Below are positions 23,045-37,794 of a DNA stretch of 64,000 nt, one piece after another. Source of the DNA: Saprolegnia diclina VS20. Taxonomy: Eukaryota. Where the stretch lies: NCBI RefSeq assembly GCF_000281045.1, contig NW_008246083.1:128906-192905 (forward strand), given 5' to 3'. Position 1 is the stretch's first letter, and each line of letters begins with the position of its first letter. Under the pieces are notes generated by a model. That model ran no database searches, was not told where the DNA came from, and was given only the letters and a program-made list of their open reading frames with translations. Made by a program: the position numbers and the translations under genes.

Positions 23045-24083
23045 ATGAAGAGCGCTGCCATCCTGCCACCGACGCACACCGCGGGGGACGACATCCTTGA
23101 CGGTACGCTGTGTTTGTGGCGCCTTCCTCTCGCTGCATTGGCGCTGGACGGTCGACCCGTAGAGGACAAGGGCGCGATTGTGCTGGCGACGCATGAGCTG
23201 CGGCCGCTCAAGCACCCCCGCGACGACGTCGCCGCCGCCTTGCGCGCCATCGACGACGCCGACTGGTACGTTCAGTACGAGGCGATCGAGACCTTTCGCC
23301 GGGCACTCGTGCACCACGCACCGACCGCGGGCCCGCACCTCGGCGACGTTCTCGACATCGTGTCGGCCGCGAGCCTCAACCTCCGGTCTGCCACGAGCAA
23401 GAACGCGCTCCTCGCGCTCGCCGAGTGCTTTGAGTTTGGCGATGTATCCGCGCTACCGCTCCTCCACGTCGTCCAAGCGCTCATGAAGCGCGCTGCATGC
23501 GAAAAGAAGTTTTTGCGCGACGCCGCCACGCTCGCGATCGGGAAGCTCACGACATATGCACCGACGTGGCCCGTCCTTGTGGCGCTCGCGGCCTACTCGT
23601 CGAGCAAGAGCGCCAAGCTCGTCACGGCCGCCTGCAATGGCACGGTACGTCGTCTGAGGTCTGAGTTCTGATTTCGAGTGTCGTCAACCTGTAGATGCTG
23701 TGCTTGCTTCAAATGCAAGTCGACGCGACGATCTTGAACCCGACGCAGGTACAAAATGCGTGCTGACGCGTCCTGTTGACGCACTCGTATAGATCGTCGA
23801 AGTGCTTCCTGCGCTGGCTCGGTTCCGCAACGGGAAGGACGCCAAGGCTCGCGAAGATGCACTTGTCGGCTTGAACGTTGTCGCGTCGTTTGCCGGCGGC
23901 AGCGACATCTTTGAGAAGCTCGTGAGCACCGCGATCGGCGACAAGGTCGCTGCGACCAAGGTCCTTCAGGCGGTCGTCGCAAGCAGCAAGCGCAAGGCCC
24001 TCGCACGGGCACCGCTGACGACGGGGCTCCGCGCGGCGCTCCAGAGCCGGAAAACGCAGCAGCAACCGCAGACAGTCGAGTAG
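23045..24083 (+). CDS. HEAT/TOG (CLASP N-terminal-like) domain protein; 4 exons
   Basis: DWYVQYEAIETFRR..HH, NLRSATSKNAL, ACEKKFLRDAA, and AKAREDA in the last exon. Introns at about 23103-23162, 23646-23694 and 23749-23792. Confidence 0.78.
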
Positions 24084-24201
24084 GTCTCGTGGTCTAGAGG
24101 AGAGATCGCTTGTACAAAATACTTCGCACTAATGCTGTGAAACGCGTCGGCGTCGGCAGGTCGTGTAGGGCTAGGCTCTGCTCATTAACGTTTATCTCTA
24201 C

Positions 24202-24868
24202 TTATTCCTTCTTGGTCTTGGCCGCGTCGTCGTCGAGGTCGGCGGGCTTCATGCTCTTCAAGCGCTCCAGCCACGACAAGGCGCCGGCGCTGCCGCGCGC
24301 GGCCTCGTCGCTGCCTTCGACCTTGATGGGCGAGAAGACAAAGACATCTTCGCTCAACTGCTGCTTGAGGTTGTTCTCGTCGATCCACGTCGCCGACTGG
24401 GCCTTCAACGCTTCGAGGACCTTCTCGCGCTTGATGACGATCTTGGCTTCCTCCTGCTCGCGGACGATCTTGGCCTCGGCGGCGCGCGCGGCGACAAACT
24501 CGGCGTGGCGGGCCTTCTCGGCGGCAACCTCTTCGGCGCGGACGGCCTGCTTCTGGCGCTTGAGTTCCAAGCGGGCAGCCTTGGCCTTCATGATGCGCTC
24601 ACGCTCGGCGCTATTCGCTTCATAAGATATCATGCGTGATGAGGTCGTATGCAATGTACGCTTGATCGCGGGCGAGCTTTTCCCGGCGGGCCATTTCCTG
24701 CTGCATGTACAGCTTGCGGAGCTCCGAGACTTCGGCCTTGTAGGCGCGACGGCTCTTGACGAACGAGTACGCAGCTTCAGTGCTGAACTACAGTGCGCAC
24801 ATACACACGTCAACCTTGGCATCTCCAGGCGCATGTACCTGGCGGGAAGCGATGGCAATGCGTTGCAT
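24202..24868 (-). CDS. MRPS26: Probable mitochondrial ribosomal protein mS26; 3 exons
   Basis: Presequence-like MQRIAIASRQ|FSTEA, RRAYKAEVSELRKLYMQQE, a long charged helix, and SATWIDENNL resembling the mS26 C-terminal motif. Confidence 0.62.
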
Positions 24869-24943
24869 CCTTATCACGGCCTTCGGGGAATCGCGAACTG
24901 GAGGGCCTCATTTACTGGACAAGAGGGAGGTTCAGCATTTTGG

Positions 24944-25141
24944 CCAATCGCAAAGCGTGTTCCACTTCGAACTTCGATGCCATCGGCTTCGGTGTTCGGC
25001 GATTCCCCTCGAAAGGAGCAGATTATGGCCTAGTATTCACCAATCACAGAGCCGAATTTTTGAGTTGAGGCCTTTGGATTGGTTGAAATCCAAAACGCAC
25101 AGCGTCAGCAATCAACTGACCAATATTCTTTTGGCGCCAAT
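24944..25141. promoter_or_regulatory. Cluster of five CCAAT/ATTGG boxes upstream of the mS26 gene
   Basis: CCAAT at 24944, 25040, 25120 and 25137, and ATTGG at 25078. Confidence 0.45.
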
Positions 25142-25258
25142 CTTCCTGTGTACATTATTGTCATTCGACTCGACTATAGAGCTAGAGTTTCCATGAAAGC
25201 ATTTGGGTTTTTGTATTAGCCTCATCAATTATGTAGAGCGAGAGTTGACGTAGGGACA

Positions 25259-28200
25259 TTACGCGTTCAGAGTCACGACTTCGCGGCCACTGCCCCGTAC
25301 GAGCAGCACCGCCGAGAGGTGCTGCGTCAGCGCTTCGACGTACGTCACAACTAGACGTGTTGGCAAATATGACAATATGTCCAAAGAGATAGACGTACAG
25401 TTGCTTGCGGGAACACCAATGAGGCGTGGGAGGTTCACCACCACGAGTGACGCGTCGCCCGAGTGCTCCTACGCATCGTCATCCTCTCCATGACTCTTTT
25501 TGATGATGCAAAAAGCGCATACGAGCATGTGCTGATTCATGAGCTGGGCGTGCACGAGGCGCGTGTCCGCCGAGGGCGCTGGCGGTGACGCAGCAAACCG
25601 CTTGCCGCGGGACCGCTCGTCGTCGTCCTCGATCGCTGTGCCCACGTCGCTGAGGTCGTCGACGAGCTGCTCGTAGCCGTCTCGGATCGTAAATGACAGG
25701 GTCGTCACCTACGCGCTGAGTCAACTCGCAGCATTCTGGCGACATGTACCTTCATAGCAGCGAGCGCCTCCTTCTTCTTCCGCAACTCGTCCTTGGTGCG
25801 CTTGATGAGAAGCGACGAGATCGTTGCCATTTGCAAAGGCACAACGTGGACCTCTGCCTCGATGCGTGCGCCTTCTAAAAAGTCGGCGAGGCGCGCCGCA
25901 ATCTAACGGCCTGATACCACAAGGTACGGTGTGCCGCGTCATACCTCGCCAGCATCTTCCTTCATCGAGACAACCGTGAAGAGCCGAAGCTTGGTCTTGC
26001 GCCACACAAAATGCAAGCGAAGAAGGTACGGGATCTAACCCAAGCGTCTGGATGCGGAAAGCAGCAGCGAGATACCAGTAGGAGGAGCCCGCCGTCGTGA
26101 AGGACCCACCAAATGTCGACCGTGCCGCGCCGGCTGTCGTCGTTGGATGGAAACGAAGCGAGGCCTTTGGCCAAGAGAAGAGCCTTCTTGCAGTTGATGA
26201 TCTCGTGGAGCATATCGACATAAGCATCGAGAAACGCTTGGTCTCGACTCGCAGCCGCCTTGGGCCAACCAAGTAGCACCGTGTTGCTGCGCAGCGGGCC
26301 CATGCCCGAGGCCTCCGCGACGGTGCCCATGCTCTTCAGAATGCTCTTGCAGGCGTACACATGCCCGAAACCAGCAATGTGTGCGCTTAGCAAGTGCGCT
26401 CGGAGGCGGTGCGTGGCTTGCGACGCCACGTCGTACGTCGTGTCGTCCTTCCCTGCGAGCAAGTTGACGACCTCGACAAGCCCCTAGACCACACGCGTTA
26501 AAAGAAATGAATTTGGGGCAGTATCAAGTTTACGTGGCCTTCTTTGAGCTGGCTCGCAAAGTCGAGCAGTTGCGTGCTCGACGGGAGACCGCGGCCGTTG
26601 GTTTTGCAAAACACGAGGATCTGGGGCCGCCAGTTCTTTGTGTGCTCTTCCTCGTCGGCTTGGTTGAGGCACTGCAAGAGCCAGCACGCCTACACCACGT
26701 TGATATAACGAGATACTGAGGAGGAGGTGAATACGAGTTCGAGGTGCATGCCCCGAATGGACGAGCCCCAGTCCTTCTTGAAGCCAAGGCAGCGCACGTA
26801 GAGTCGAAGAAGAACACAGAGAAGGATGGCCAAGATAGCTTTGGTCCACGAAAAGAAGAGCATGAGGCCGATGCTGCCCATGCTACCGAGCAGCGCGGTC
26901 GACCAGTGGAAATAGTGCCTACAACAAAACTCCGTGTTTGAACGGGATCGAAGTCCGTACCACTTGGGACGAAAGCCTGGGGCGTGGCCCAACGCCATCG
27001 AAAAGCACGCAAAGTTGAGCGTCGCACAGAGCATGAGGCTCGACATGGTCAGAAACGGCGCTAAAAAGTCCAGATTGCCTAATCAATATATGGACAAGTT
27101 GTCTCCATGCACGAAAAATAGTAAAAATACCGGCAATGCACGGAAGACACGACAGGGCGAGGATCAACCCCACGGCTTTTCTTGGCTCGTCGCCGTCTTT
27201 GGCAGCAAACGGCCGCAGAAATGGAATCACATTGTCGTTGGCCATGGCCGCAAGCATGCGCGGGTGCCCCGTGAGGTTTTGCAGGGCGCCACCAATCGCA
27301 CTGAAGAAGATGCCGAGGTTGATGAGCTGCTTCGTCGGCCACGCGACCGTCGACAGAATAAACTTGTCGGCTTTCAGGACCTACGACCCTCCTTGATCTC
27401 TCGCAACAGCGCAAGGGTTTACGTGATTGGGGATCGTACTGCCGACCGAGATGACACATGCCAAGTTGAGGACGAGCACCGTGACCATGGCCGCTGCCAA
27501 ACGATCGTGACAACCCTAGAAATCGTGTGTTGCGGTACCTAGTGTGCCCAGCGGAATGGACCGCGACGGTGTCGCCAAGACGCCAGATCTAGGCAATAAG
27601 AAGTTCAACGACCTCGAGCCGTCGACCTTCGTACCGCATGGCCCCTGCCATGTAGCCCGTCGTGCCTGGATAGACCACGGAGATCATGGTGGTCACCGTC
27701 GGCATGATGCCGGTCGTCGGGTCTTTTGTGAAATTCGTATGTACATTGCCAAACCAAACTATTGGCGTCGACGCCTCGCTACGCTCGTGTCAAGGACGCG
27801 TCTCAAAAAGCCGTCTGTCTACCTGGGGTTGGGGTTACCAACAAGGACCAAAAGCCCGAGGAACGAGCTTGCAATCGAGAGCGTCACCATGAGGAAGCAC
27901 GCAAAGCCGACCATGGCGATGTACTTCATGCCTACTCACAGCTTGTTATCGCCCAAGGTATAGGACCCTCGTACCAATGCCAGCAATGGCGCCGAGAATC
28001 CCCAAGAGGATGAGCGCTTGGAGGCGAAGGTCCGCCACGATCCACTGGCTTGTATCAAAAATGTTGGCCAGCGTCTCGACGGCGCCCAGCACCATGAAAG
28101 CAAGCGCAAACGATGCCCCGCAAAACACGAGGATGCCCACCGAGAGACCTGTCTCTATAAACAATAGACGGGTTAGCGCCAAGAGGGATGTCGAAGCGGT

Positions 28201-28722
28201 ACCAATGCCAATCGTGCGCGAAATCAAGTAGTAGACGCCGCCACCCGCGATCTTGCCTAGCCACGAGCATTAGGTGGCCGGACCGTACGTAGATGCTACC
28301 GTTCGTGACAAGTGCGCAGATGGAGAGCGCCGTCAAGTAGCCCACAGACTGGCACATGACGAAGAGAAAGCACGTGAGAGGCACGCCCGCTTGGCTCGTG
28401 ACCCAGGGCATGCGGCAGAAGTAGACGACACCGATGAGGGTTTGGAGACAGGGCAGGTACACACCGTGAAGCGTGCCCTGCTTCGTGCTCTTCTTGGCTA
28501 GCGGGACCGAGCTTGTCGGAAGCGTGAGAGCAATGTCGCCCGAGCACTTGGAGAGCGCCATCGTGCAGCTCTCGCGGGCAGCTTCGTCCTACCCATCATC
28601 GCCTTAGCCACTGACTCATGGAGCGAGCTCATGCGCACGAAGAGGCCTTCGTCGGACGTGATGTCGCACACGGCCTCGGCGGCTCGCGTCTCACTCAGCA
28701 GCGCTTCGTCGTCGTGGCCCAT
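25259..28722 (-). CDS. Cation-chloride cotransporter (SLC12/CCC, KCC-like), many exons, divergent
   Basis: GTLHGVYLPCLQ, LVTNG..AGGGVYYLISRTIG, YPGTTGYMAGAMRSG..SIPLGT, GAPRMLAAMANDNVIPFL, KKDWGSSIRG, KNWRPQIL, GMGPLRSNTVLLGWP, GTVDIWWVLHDGGLLLL, VLLVRGSGREVVT. Confidence 0.92.
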
Positions 28723-29837
28723 CGGCAATTTGGATATGGGAAGATTGACATGTTCGGAAATGCACCTAATTACGACCAATCATATCGCACGATTCGTTTC
28801 GAGCCAATCAGAATGCGCGCCGTGAAACCGACCAAGGCGACGGTTTCGCTTGACGAACAACATGCGACGCCGGGCGCGGTCTAGTTGAAGTTGCACTTTG
28901 AATGCGCCTCTAGTTGATCAAAGAAGAACCTGTTACGTTAACAAGCCCAACTGAAGCGTTCCGAGCTCGGGCTTGCCACCATGACGCAATATTCTTTAGC
29001 ATTTCACGAGGCAGCCAACTTCTTTCATGCTTGTCAAAGCACACGCGCACTGTTGTGGGAAGGGGTGACGACCAGACACATGCATCAAAGGCTTAGCGAG
29101 GCAATATCTGGCCTGAGCTTGCGCAGTGTACCAGTTGCTGCATACAGTGCAATTGTGCAGCAGATAAAATGCCAGTGTTAGGACACTCTACTTCGATGAG
29201 CGGGACGGTGAAGGATGTCGAAACCAGCGGCGGTTCAAGCGTCGGAGGCGCAAACACGATTGATTCAACGTCGTGGTGACCGCAATGGACGACTCGGGCT
29301 TGGCGACGTCATCAAAAAGCTTTGCCAGTGTATTTTTTATCGTTTTTCAGCTCTGCCTTCGACGACATATCTGAGCTATTTCGAATTGCCCATGCGTGCA
29401 AGCGGCCGTGTACTCGAAGTCGGCGCGACGTGCGAGCAGCCCTCCATTAGAGGAGCGGTCGTTTCGCTCGTCGCAGATAAACTATTGGTTCGCGATGGAA
29501 GCGCATGCCGATGAAGGCCCCATTGGCATCAGTACCATCAGGCTGGGGCGGCCGCAAAAACTGCAGAGTGGCCTTGGACCCGAGTTCGACAAGCGACTGC
29601 GGAGCACATGACATGACCAGAGGAGCGGAGAACAGTGCGTGATGCCGTCGATTGCCAGTGGTTGGCTCCGTCGATGGGACGGGTGCGCTACCTGAAACCC
29701 AACGGTGCGATGATGCGTGGCGCCACGACGACCCGCCGTTGGGGCGCCCCGTCCCGAGCTGCCACCACCTTGTCCACCTTGAAGATACGGCAGTTGGCGC
29801 ATACGCAGAGGCGCGTGCATTTTCTGTTTAGCATCCA

Positions 29838-30685
29838 ATGGCCGACGACATCGACGACGCGTCCGTGGCGTACGAGCCGCTTGTGGATCTGCGCGCCGCA
29901 ACGTTCCCTTGGGACCCACATGAAGTCTACCGCGTACAGCTACATGCGCCCCATGACCGCTACGTCTTCAAGCTCTGGCTCGAGTCGACGCGATCGAAAG
30001 AGCAGTGGTCGACACAGCGAGAGCGTTTTCGTTGGCTCATTCCTTGCTTTCAACTAGGACGACTCGTGTGACGAACCTCCAAGCGCACGCTCCGGACGCC
30101 GTCATGCTACCGCTGTCGATCGTTCTCAGTTGCCTCGAGGTGGATACGCCGTTGCCGAGTTCGAACGAGGAAGACACGTGGTTATTGTAGCGGAGTCTGG
30201 TCGAGAAGGCACACGTGGATGTATCACCTCGAGGCGATGGGTCGCTGAGCTTGAAGCTGACGATCGAGGTCGAGTTTGCAGCCCCGATTCTCTACGTCTT
30301 TAACCTGACTGCGGTGGGTGTCGACCTTGTCCACGTCCTGGAGGCCAAGATGCGCGATTGCGACGCTGCGATCGAGTCCCTCTCGAGCAGCTCCAAGTCA
30401 AAGGACGTGGTCATCGCCAAGCTCTTTGATATGCTCGAGGCGGTCAAGACGGACGTCGCACAGTTGCGTGGCGTGGTAGGCCGCAACCACGAGCTGGCGG
30501 CAGTCATGCCCAACGGCGCGGCTCCGCCAAAGGACGTTTTGGCCCGCAAAGCAGCGCCCGTCGTCTTTGATGTTGACGACATGCCCCTGGCGCGCGATCG
30601 AGACGATGCCCAGCGGTACCCGAAGCGCGCCAAGAAAGACAAGCCGAGCAAGACGCCAACCGACAGCGCCAATGGAGACAAGTAG
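29838..30685 (+). CDS. Uncharacterised protein with a beta-rich head and a coiled coil; about 3 exons
   Basis: MADDIDD...FKLWLESTRSKEQW | TNLQAHAP..LSCLE | ..LKLTIEV..YVFNLTAV..VLEAKMRD, with GT-AG introns near 30008-30057 and 30140-30190. Confidence 0.68.
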
Positions 30686-31699
30686 CTCTTGACTAATCAT
30701 GTAATGCTACTCGATGGATTCGTCAGTAGTTGCGAGGTTTACGTTAAACCATGTACGAACGACAAAAGTGCAATGTCATTTTGCGATGCCCTTGGGGGTG
30801 TGGTACCTTGGCGCACTATGACTTTTGATGCGTTAGTAGAAGAGGCGTCTGACAATCGACACGACTCTCCCAGCAGGTTTTCTCGTCTGTCTTGAGCGAA
30901 GAGGGAGACTCAACGAGCAAACCACACACGAGTTTGCGAACACAGTGACGATCCTTGCTGTCGTGTCAGGAATCACACGGTTCTTAGCTGCTTATCGGGA
31001 CGGTGCCGCATCCTCGCTTAAATTCGGCATGTCGATACGCTGCTTCGAGACACGAGGCAGCTGGTGCGTCGCAGCCAGCGAAATCGGTTTGGCCGGTGAA
31101 AGCAGGCTGCATAGCGTAAACGCTGCGTTCGTTTCCTTCGACGTCGTCACAACCATCGTTTGATGGCTCGGAAGCGGGCTAGCATAGAGAGCTCTGGCCT
31201 TCTGGACGCGCGCAAGGAATTTGCTGCACGCGTATACTGTTGTATGCAGCGCATCAAGGCTTCAAGCGAGTGGCCATCGCCGAAGATTCAAGCGCCGGCT
31301 GCTTCGTCACGGGTGCATGGGTGAGCATGGTACCAAGAGGGATGCAAGCACTGCCGCTTCCTTGCCAGACGCCCGGCCTTGCTGCAGCCAACGGCGGGGC
31401 TTGCAATTGCAGATCAACGCCATACCATCTCCTCATACAGACGCCGCAGCTACTGGAAGGGTAGAACGATCGCGCGTCGGCGTCACCTCGTGTAGGACGA
31501 TGATGCCGAAAATAAGCCTGTTTGGTTCAAGGATCCACGGATAAATCCACGCATGTCCCACTTTGCCCCTCGGCGCCTGCTTCTATGCAGCTTATCTGTA
31601 CTTGAACTTTGTATGTGGCCGCACAGGCATGTCCCAACACGTGAAATCCAGTGGCGAAGGTCGCCATTTCGGAACCATCCATCCGCTTCACAGTTCCCG

Positions 31700-33303
31700 A
31701 TGCTCTCCCGGTCCCTCCGCCCCGCTGGCCTCCGCTCGCTCCTCGCGCGCAGCTTGAGCCACAAGCCGTCCAAGAAGGACGCCTTCTCGATGACCAAGGT
31801 ATGCACCCTTTCTGCAACGACTTGAAAATCAACTTGACCGAATAGATTGTCGGCACGATTGGGCCCGTCTCGGAGAACGCCAAGACGACGCAGGAGCTCA
31901 CGAACGCTGGCCTCAAGATCATGCGCATCAACTTCTCGCACGCCACGTACGACGAAGCGCTCCTCCGCATGTCGCACCTCCGCGCGTCCAAGGGCGTGCA
32001 CGCCAAGGCGACCGGCAGCGAATTCAACGTCCGCGCCGTCCTCTTGGACACGCAGGGCCCCGAGATCCGCGGCGGCGCCTTCCCCGAGAAGAAGGTCGAG
32101 CTGCTCAAGGGCAACAAGATCACGCTCACGACCGATCTCCAGTACAAGGAAGCGAGCACAGCAAACCTCTTGTTCGTGACGTACGAGCAGTTGCCGATGA
32201 CGGTCAAGGTCGGCGACACGATCTTGCTCGACGACGGCCTCATCTCGCTCACGGCCGAGTCGATCGACCTTGCGGCCGGCCAGGTGCACTGCCGCATTGA
32301 GAACACTGAGATGCTCGGCTCGCGCAAGGGCGTGAACCTCCCGGGTCTCGTCGTCGACCTCCCGGCGCTTACGGCCAAGGACAAGCAGGACGTTGAGTTT
32401 GGTGTCGAGCACGACATGGACTTCATCGCGGTCTCGTTTGTGCGCAAGCCGGAAGACGTCCTGGACGTCAAGGACTTTGTAAACTCGGTCATGCCCAAGT
32501 ACTGGCCGTCGTCGCACCCGGCGCCGCTCATCATCTCCAAGATTGAAAACTACGAGGGTGTGACCAACTTTGACCGCATCCTCGACGTCTCGGACGGTAT
32601 CATGGTGGCCCGCGGCGACCTCGGTGTCGAAATCCCGATGCACCAAGTGCTCACGTGCCAGAAGGACATGGTCGCCAAGTGCAACGCTGTCGGGAAGCCC
32701 GTCATCGTCGCCACGCAGATGCTCGAGTCGATGATCACCAACCCGCGCCCGACGCGCGCCGAGATCCTCGATGTCGGTAACGCCGTCTTGGATGGCGCCG
32801 ACGCCGTCATGCTCTCGGGCGAAGTCGCCCAGGGCAAGTGGCCCGTCGAGTCGGTCTCGACCATGATGTCGGTCGTCAAGGAAGCCGACGCGTACACCAA
32901 GCGCGAACAGTACAAGACGGACGCGCTCTCGCAGCAGGAGGCGGTCGCGAGCGCGGTTGCGACGACGGCCAAGGCGCTCCACGCGGCCATGATCGTCGTC
33001 ATGACCGAGACTGGCGACGTCGCGCGCCTTGTCTCCAAGCACAAGCCGAGCGTGCCTGTCATGTGCTACACAACGAGCCAAAAGGTCGGTCGCCAGCTCC
33101 AGGTGCACCGTGGCCTCTACCCGATCGTGGCGCCGACGCAGTCCAAGATGAACTTGCACGACGCGATCTCGACCGCCAAGAAGCTCGGTTGGCTCCACGC
33201 TGGCGACAAGGTGGTCATGCTCTCGAGCGACTCGGCCAAGCACGAGATGGGCCAGCAGTTCATCATGCGTGTGGCCACCGTCGACGAAGCCGGTTCCAAC
33301 TAA
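31700..33303 (+). CDS. PYK: Pyruvate kinase with an N-terminal mitochondrial presequence; 2 exons
   Basis: TK|IVGTIGP, RINFSH, DTQGPEIR, IISKIENYEG, IMVARGDLGVE, ATQMLESM, PRPTRAE, DAVMLSGE. Intron 31799-31845. Confidence 0.97.
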
Positions 33304-33628
33304 GCGCTCACTTGTAGTAATAGTAAAACCACACTTATGTAACACCATATCGACGGTGCTGAACGATGCAAGTATGCCCATCACCGATGCTCGCCTCGCG
33401 TACCCGGTACTAGCAGCGCAGTACACCAGTGGTGATGTTGCGACGAACTGACTCGAGTCGAGTCGGTTGGAACTGGTACCGGAACGCGAGCGTCGTTCTT
33501 GAACAAGGATAACGTGGCAGCTACACCATACCGGTGGACGTTAACATAGACCAGTGAAATAGGACGGGTACAAGGGCAAGCAGATAATATGATAGAAGAA
33601 GTGTATATAAGTTAGGTGCGGGCTACCA

Positions 33629-34258
33629 CTAGATGTGGAGCACCGACATCTCGTGACAAGACGACTTGGTTTGGATGCGGTGGGTATCGCAGAGGCCGCC
33701 GCCGCGGTCGGTGCGGGGACATCCTGCAACAAGGCAGTGGCGGAACCCGCCGTGCTTGGCGCAAAACTGGCCGCGCTGCACGCCTTTGAGGCAGCCGGGC
33801 GACGCACAGCGCTTGCCGCCACCGTGTTTCCGGCAATGCCCGCCCCCTTGCGAGCTCTTGTCACAGCCGTCGACCGAACACCGGATGCCGCCGCCATGCG
33901 CCTTGCAGAGCCCAAGCGTCTGCACGGCCTTGGTGCAGCCGTCCATCGAGCAGCGACGACCGCCCCCATGGGCGATGCAAAAGCCGCCTTTCTGCGGGCC
34001 GCGCGGACAGCCCGCGTGGCTGCAGCGCTTGGTGCCACCATGGAGCTTGCAGTGGCCTCGCCGCCACGGAATGGATGTGGCACAGCCGTCCACAAGGCAG
34101 ACAAAAGCGGGCTCGAAGGCGCTGCCGAGGTCGATGGCGGCGACGTCGGTCACGTGTGCCGGCTCGAGCTCGAGTGTCGAGCCGCTGGGTGCAAACGCGC
34201 TGCAGATAAAGTGGATCTCGGCCACCGTGAAGAGCTCGGTCGTGGGTGTATTCGTCAT
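33629..34258 (-). CDS. Tandem C-x4-C-x9-C-x2-HGGG zinc-finger protein (WRKY19 N-terminal-like repeats, no WRKY domain), 6 fingers
   Basis: CSHAGCPRGPQKGGFCIAHGGGRRC, CSMDGCTKAVQTLGLCKAHGGG, CSVDGCDKSSQGGGHCRKHGGG and further repeats. Confidence 0.88.
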   Translation of the reverse strand: MTNTPTTELFTVAEIHFICSAFAPSGSTLELEPAHVTDVAAIDLGSAFEPAFVCLVDGCATSIPWRRGHCKLHGGTKRCSHAGCPRGPQKGGFCIAHGGGRRCSMDGCTKAVQTLGLCKAHGGGIRCSVDGCDKSSQGGGHCRKHGGGKRCASPGCLKGVQRGQFCAKHGGFRHCLVAGCPRTDRGGGLCDTHRIQTKSSCHEMSVLHI

Positions 34259-34996
34259 AGAGAGCAAAGTTGTGACTGATGCATGAAACGAATGGCTCGT
34301 CCCGAGATGCGGCGCACCCAGAAACACCCAGCGTCGCTCCACCGGCCATGATTAGCGACCGCTTAGTTGTCATACACCTACCAGCTGGCGTCGGTATGAA
34401 ACGGATGCCCGTCACAGAGTCCTACTGCACTGCTCTCGCCAGTCGAGTCGCAAGTCTACCGACAGCCCGCGTTTCCAAGCACCAAACGCCAAAGAGCAAG
34501 ATCCATTCCGACCAGTGACCGCGGCGACGACAAAGGTTCCGCCATCGACACCTAAAATTTGTCGCCATCCAAACTTTTCAACACAAAATATGTCATTTTG
34601 GTGGCTCGTCGGTGCGGCCATCACGGGGTGCGTCACGCTGCCCGATGATGCCTCGTGTACGCACTTCTGTCGTAAAACAAGAGGCGCCACCACGTGACAG
34701 GTCACTGCGATCGATCCAAGACCACATGGCCACCTTGAAACTCCGTCCGCAGGTCGCAGCGTCGCGGCGCCTTTCCCTCTACTAGTACTTGTGGTCTCCG
34801 TTGCGTGTTCGCAACAAACACCCTTGTGTGTACGTGTACCGACCTGTCGCTCGAACAAACGCATTCCTCCCGCGGTGTGTTGACGTCTGCAATGTATAGG
34901 CAAGGCCATTTCTAGTCGAGTGAGCTGTCATTTTTGGCGCTTGGTACGGCATTGCGCTTGATACGGTAGGGGGACCTGTGAATGTACCAAAGTCGC

Positions 34997-36630
<1,634 letters not shown>

Positions 36631-37794
36631 GCTGCCACCAAATGCTTTGTTGATTTGACCACTTGATAAACAACCTCCACAACGCGATAGGATCGCAACA
36701 ACCTCTTTAGTTCGATATTTAACACTATTGCAGTTTATGATGCGTAAACGCATGGCATCGATACAGGAATAGTGTTGGTTTGACCTTGCATGCACAGCAC
36801 CGAAGTGCAATTCTTTTCAGAGCGTAGTCGTTCCTTGCATCGCCAGTGCTGTGCACGGAGCAAGCGCAGGGCGATCGTGGCAAGATCGCTCTCCCCATGT
36901 GCTCCAAATAAGGCGTATTGGGTGTTATAACCAAACAGAAAGCGGCGGCAGCGGCGGCGAGCACGTGGCCGCGGAAGAGATGTTCAGCGCCGAGACCTTC
37001 AACAAGCTGTGTGCTCAAGGTGTGCGCGCAGATAGATGGTCTCCACTGTCCAGCGCAGCCGTAAAGCCACTTTAGAGAGAGATCACGGCCGCTGGCTGGC
37101 TCTGTCTGCCACGCCCGTCAAAGATCGCAGCGAGGTGCGCGGATTGGGTACAACGTCTACACAACGTTCATTTGATGCGCTACAATTTCATCCTATTGGT
37201 GCTTCAATGGCCTTTTTATCCAACCACAATACGGTACAGGATGCCACCTGGCGACACGGTGCACTCTAGCGTGCTGCGAAGACGGCCGACGTTCGCGGCG
37301 CCCTTGGCGACGAGCACCAATCTATCAATTCAATCTATCGTGACCTAAAGAATATCATCGCATTCATTGACGTCGCTCTCCAGCGCTGTAGGTAGCCGGC
37401 CATTCAGTTGGCGAATGGACGGACGAGGTTCGGCAATCATTGTCGTTATGCGTGGCCTTGTTGAAGATGACGGCGCGATGCTGGTGCAGTTACTCACGCC
37501 GCGAAGCGCGCCGAAGCACCAGTCGTGAATCCAGCGGTTGTGAGCGTCCATCTCCCTGACCTTGGCGCAGGCACCTCGGGCGCTCCATGAATACGCGATG
37601 CAAAGCACGACCCACAGCACTGCGACACGGCAGTGAGAGTACGAAGTGGCTACAGCACTTGGTGCATTGGCTCGTTCCCAAACCAATCAACGTGCCCCTT
37701 GGCATGCTGTAATGCAAGCCTGTGCAAATCAGGCGCAAGCGTGTGTCACAGCTGCTGTAGCTCGTTGGGCGGACAGCAGTCATTAGAACGATCG

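Noticed and set aside
31483..33426. 647-aa antisense ORF over pyruvate kinase, and 17025-18599 over the ligase-like gene
   Set aside because: Same codon-bias artefact.
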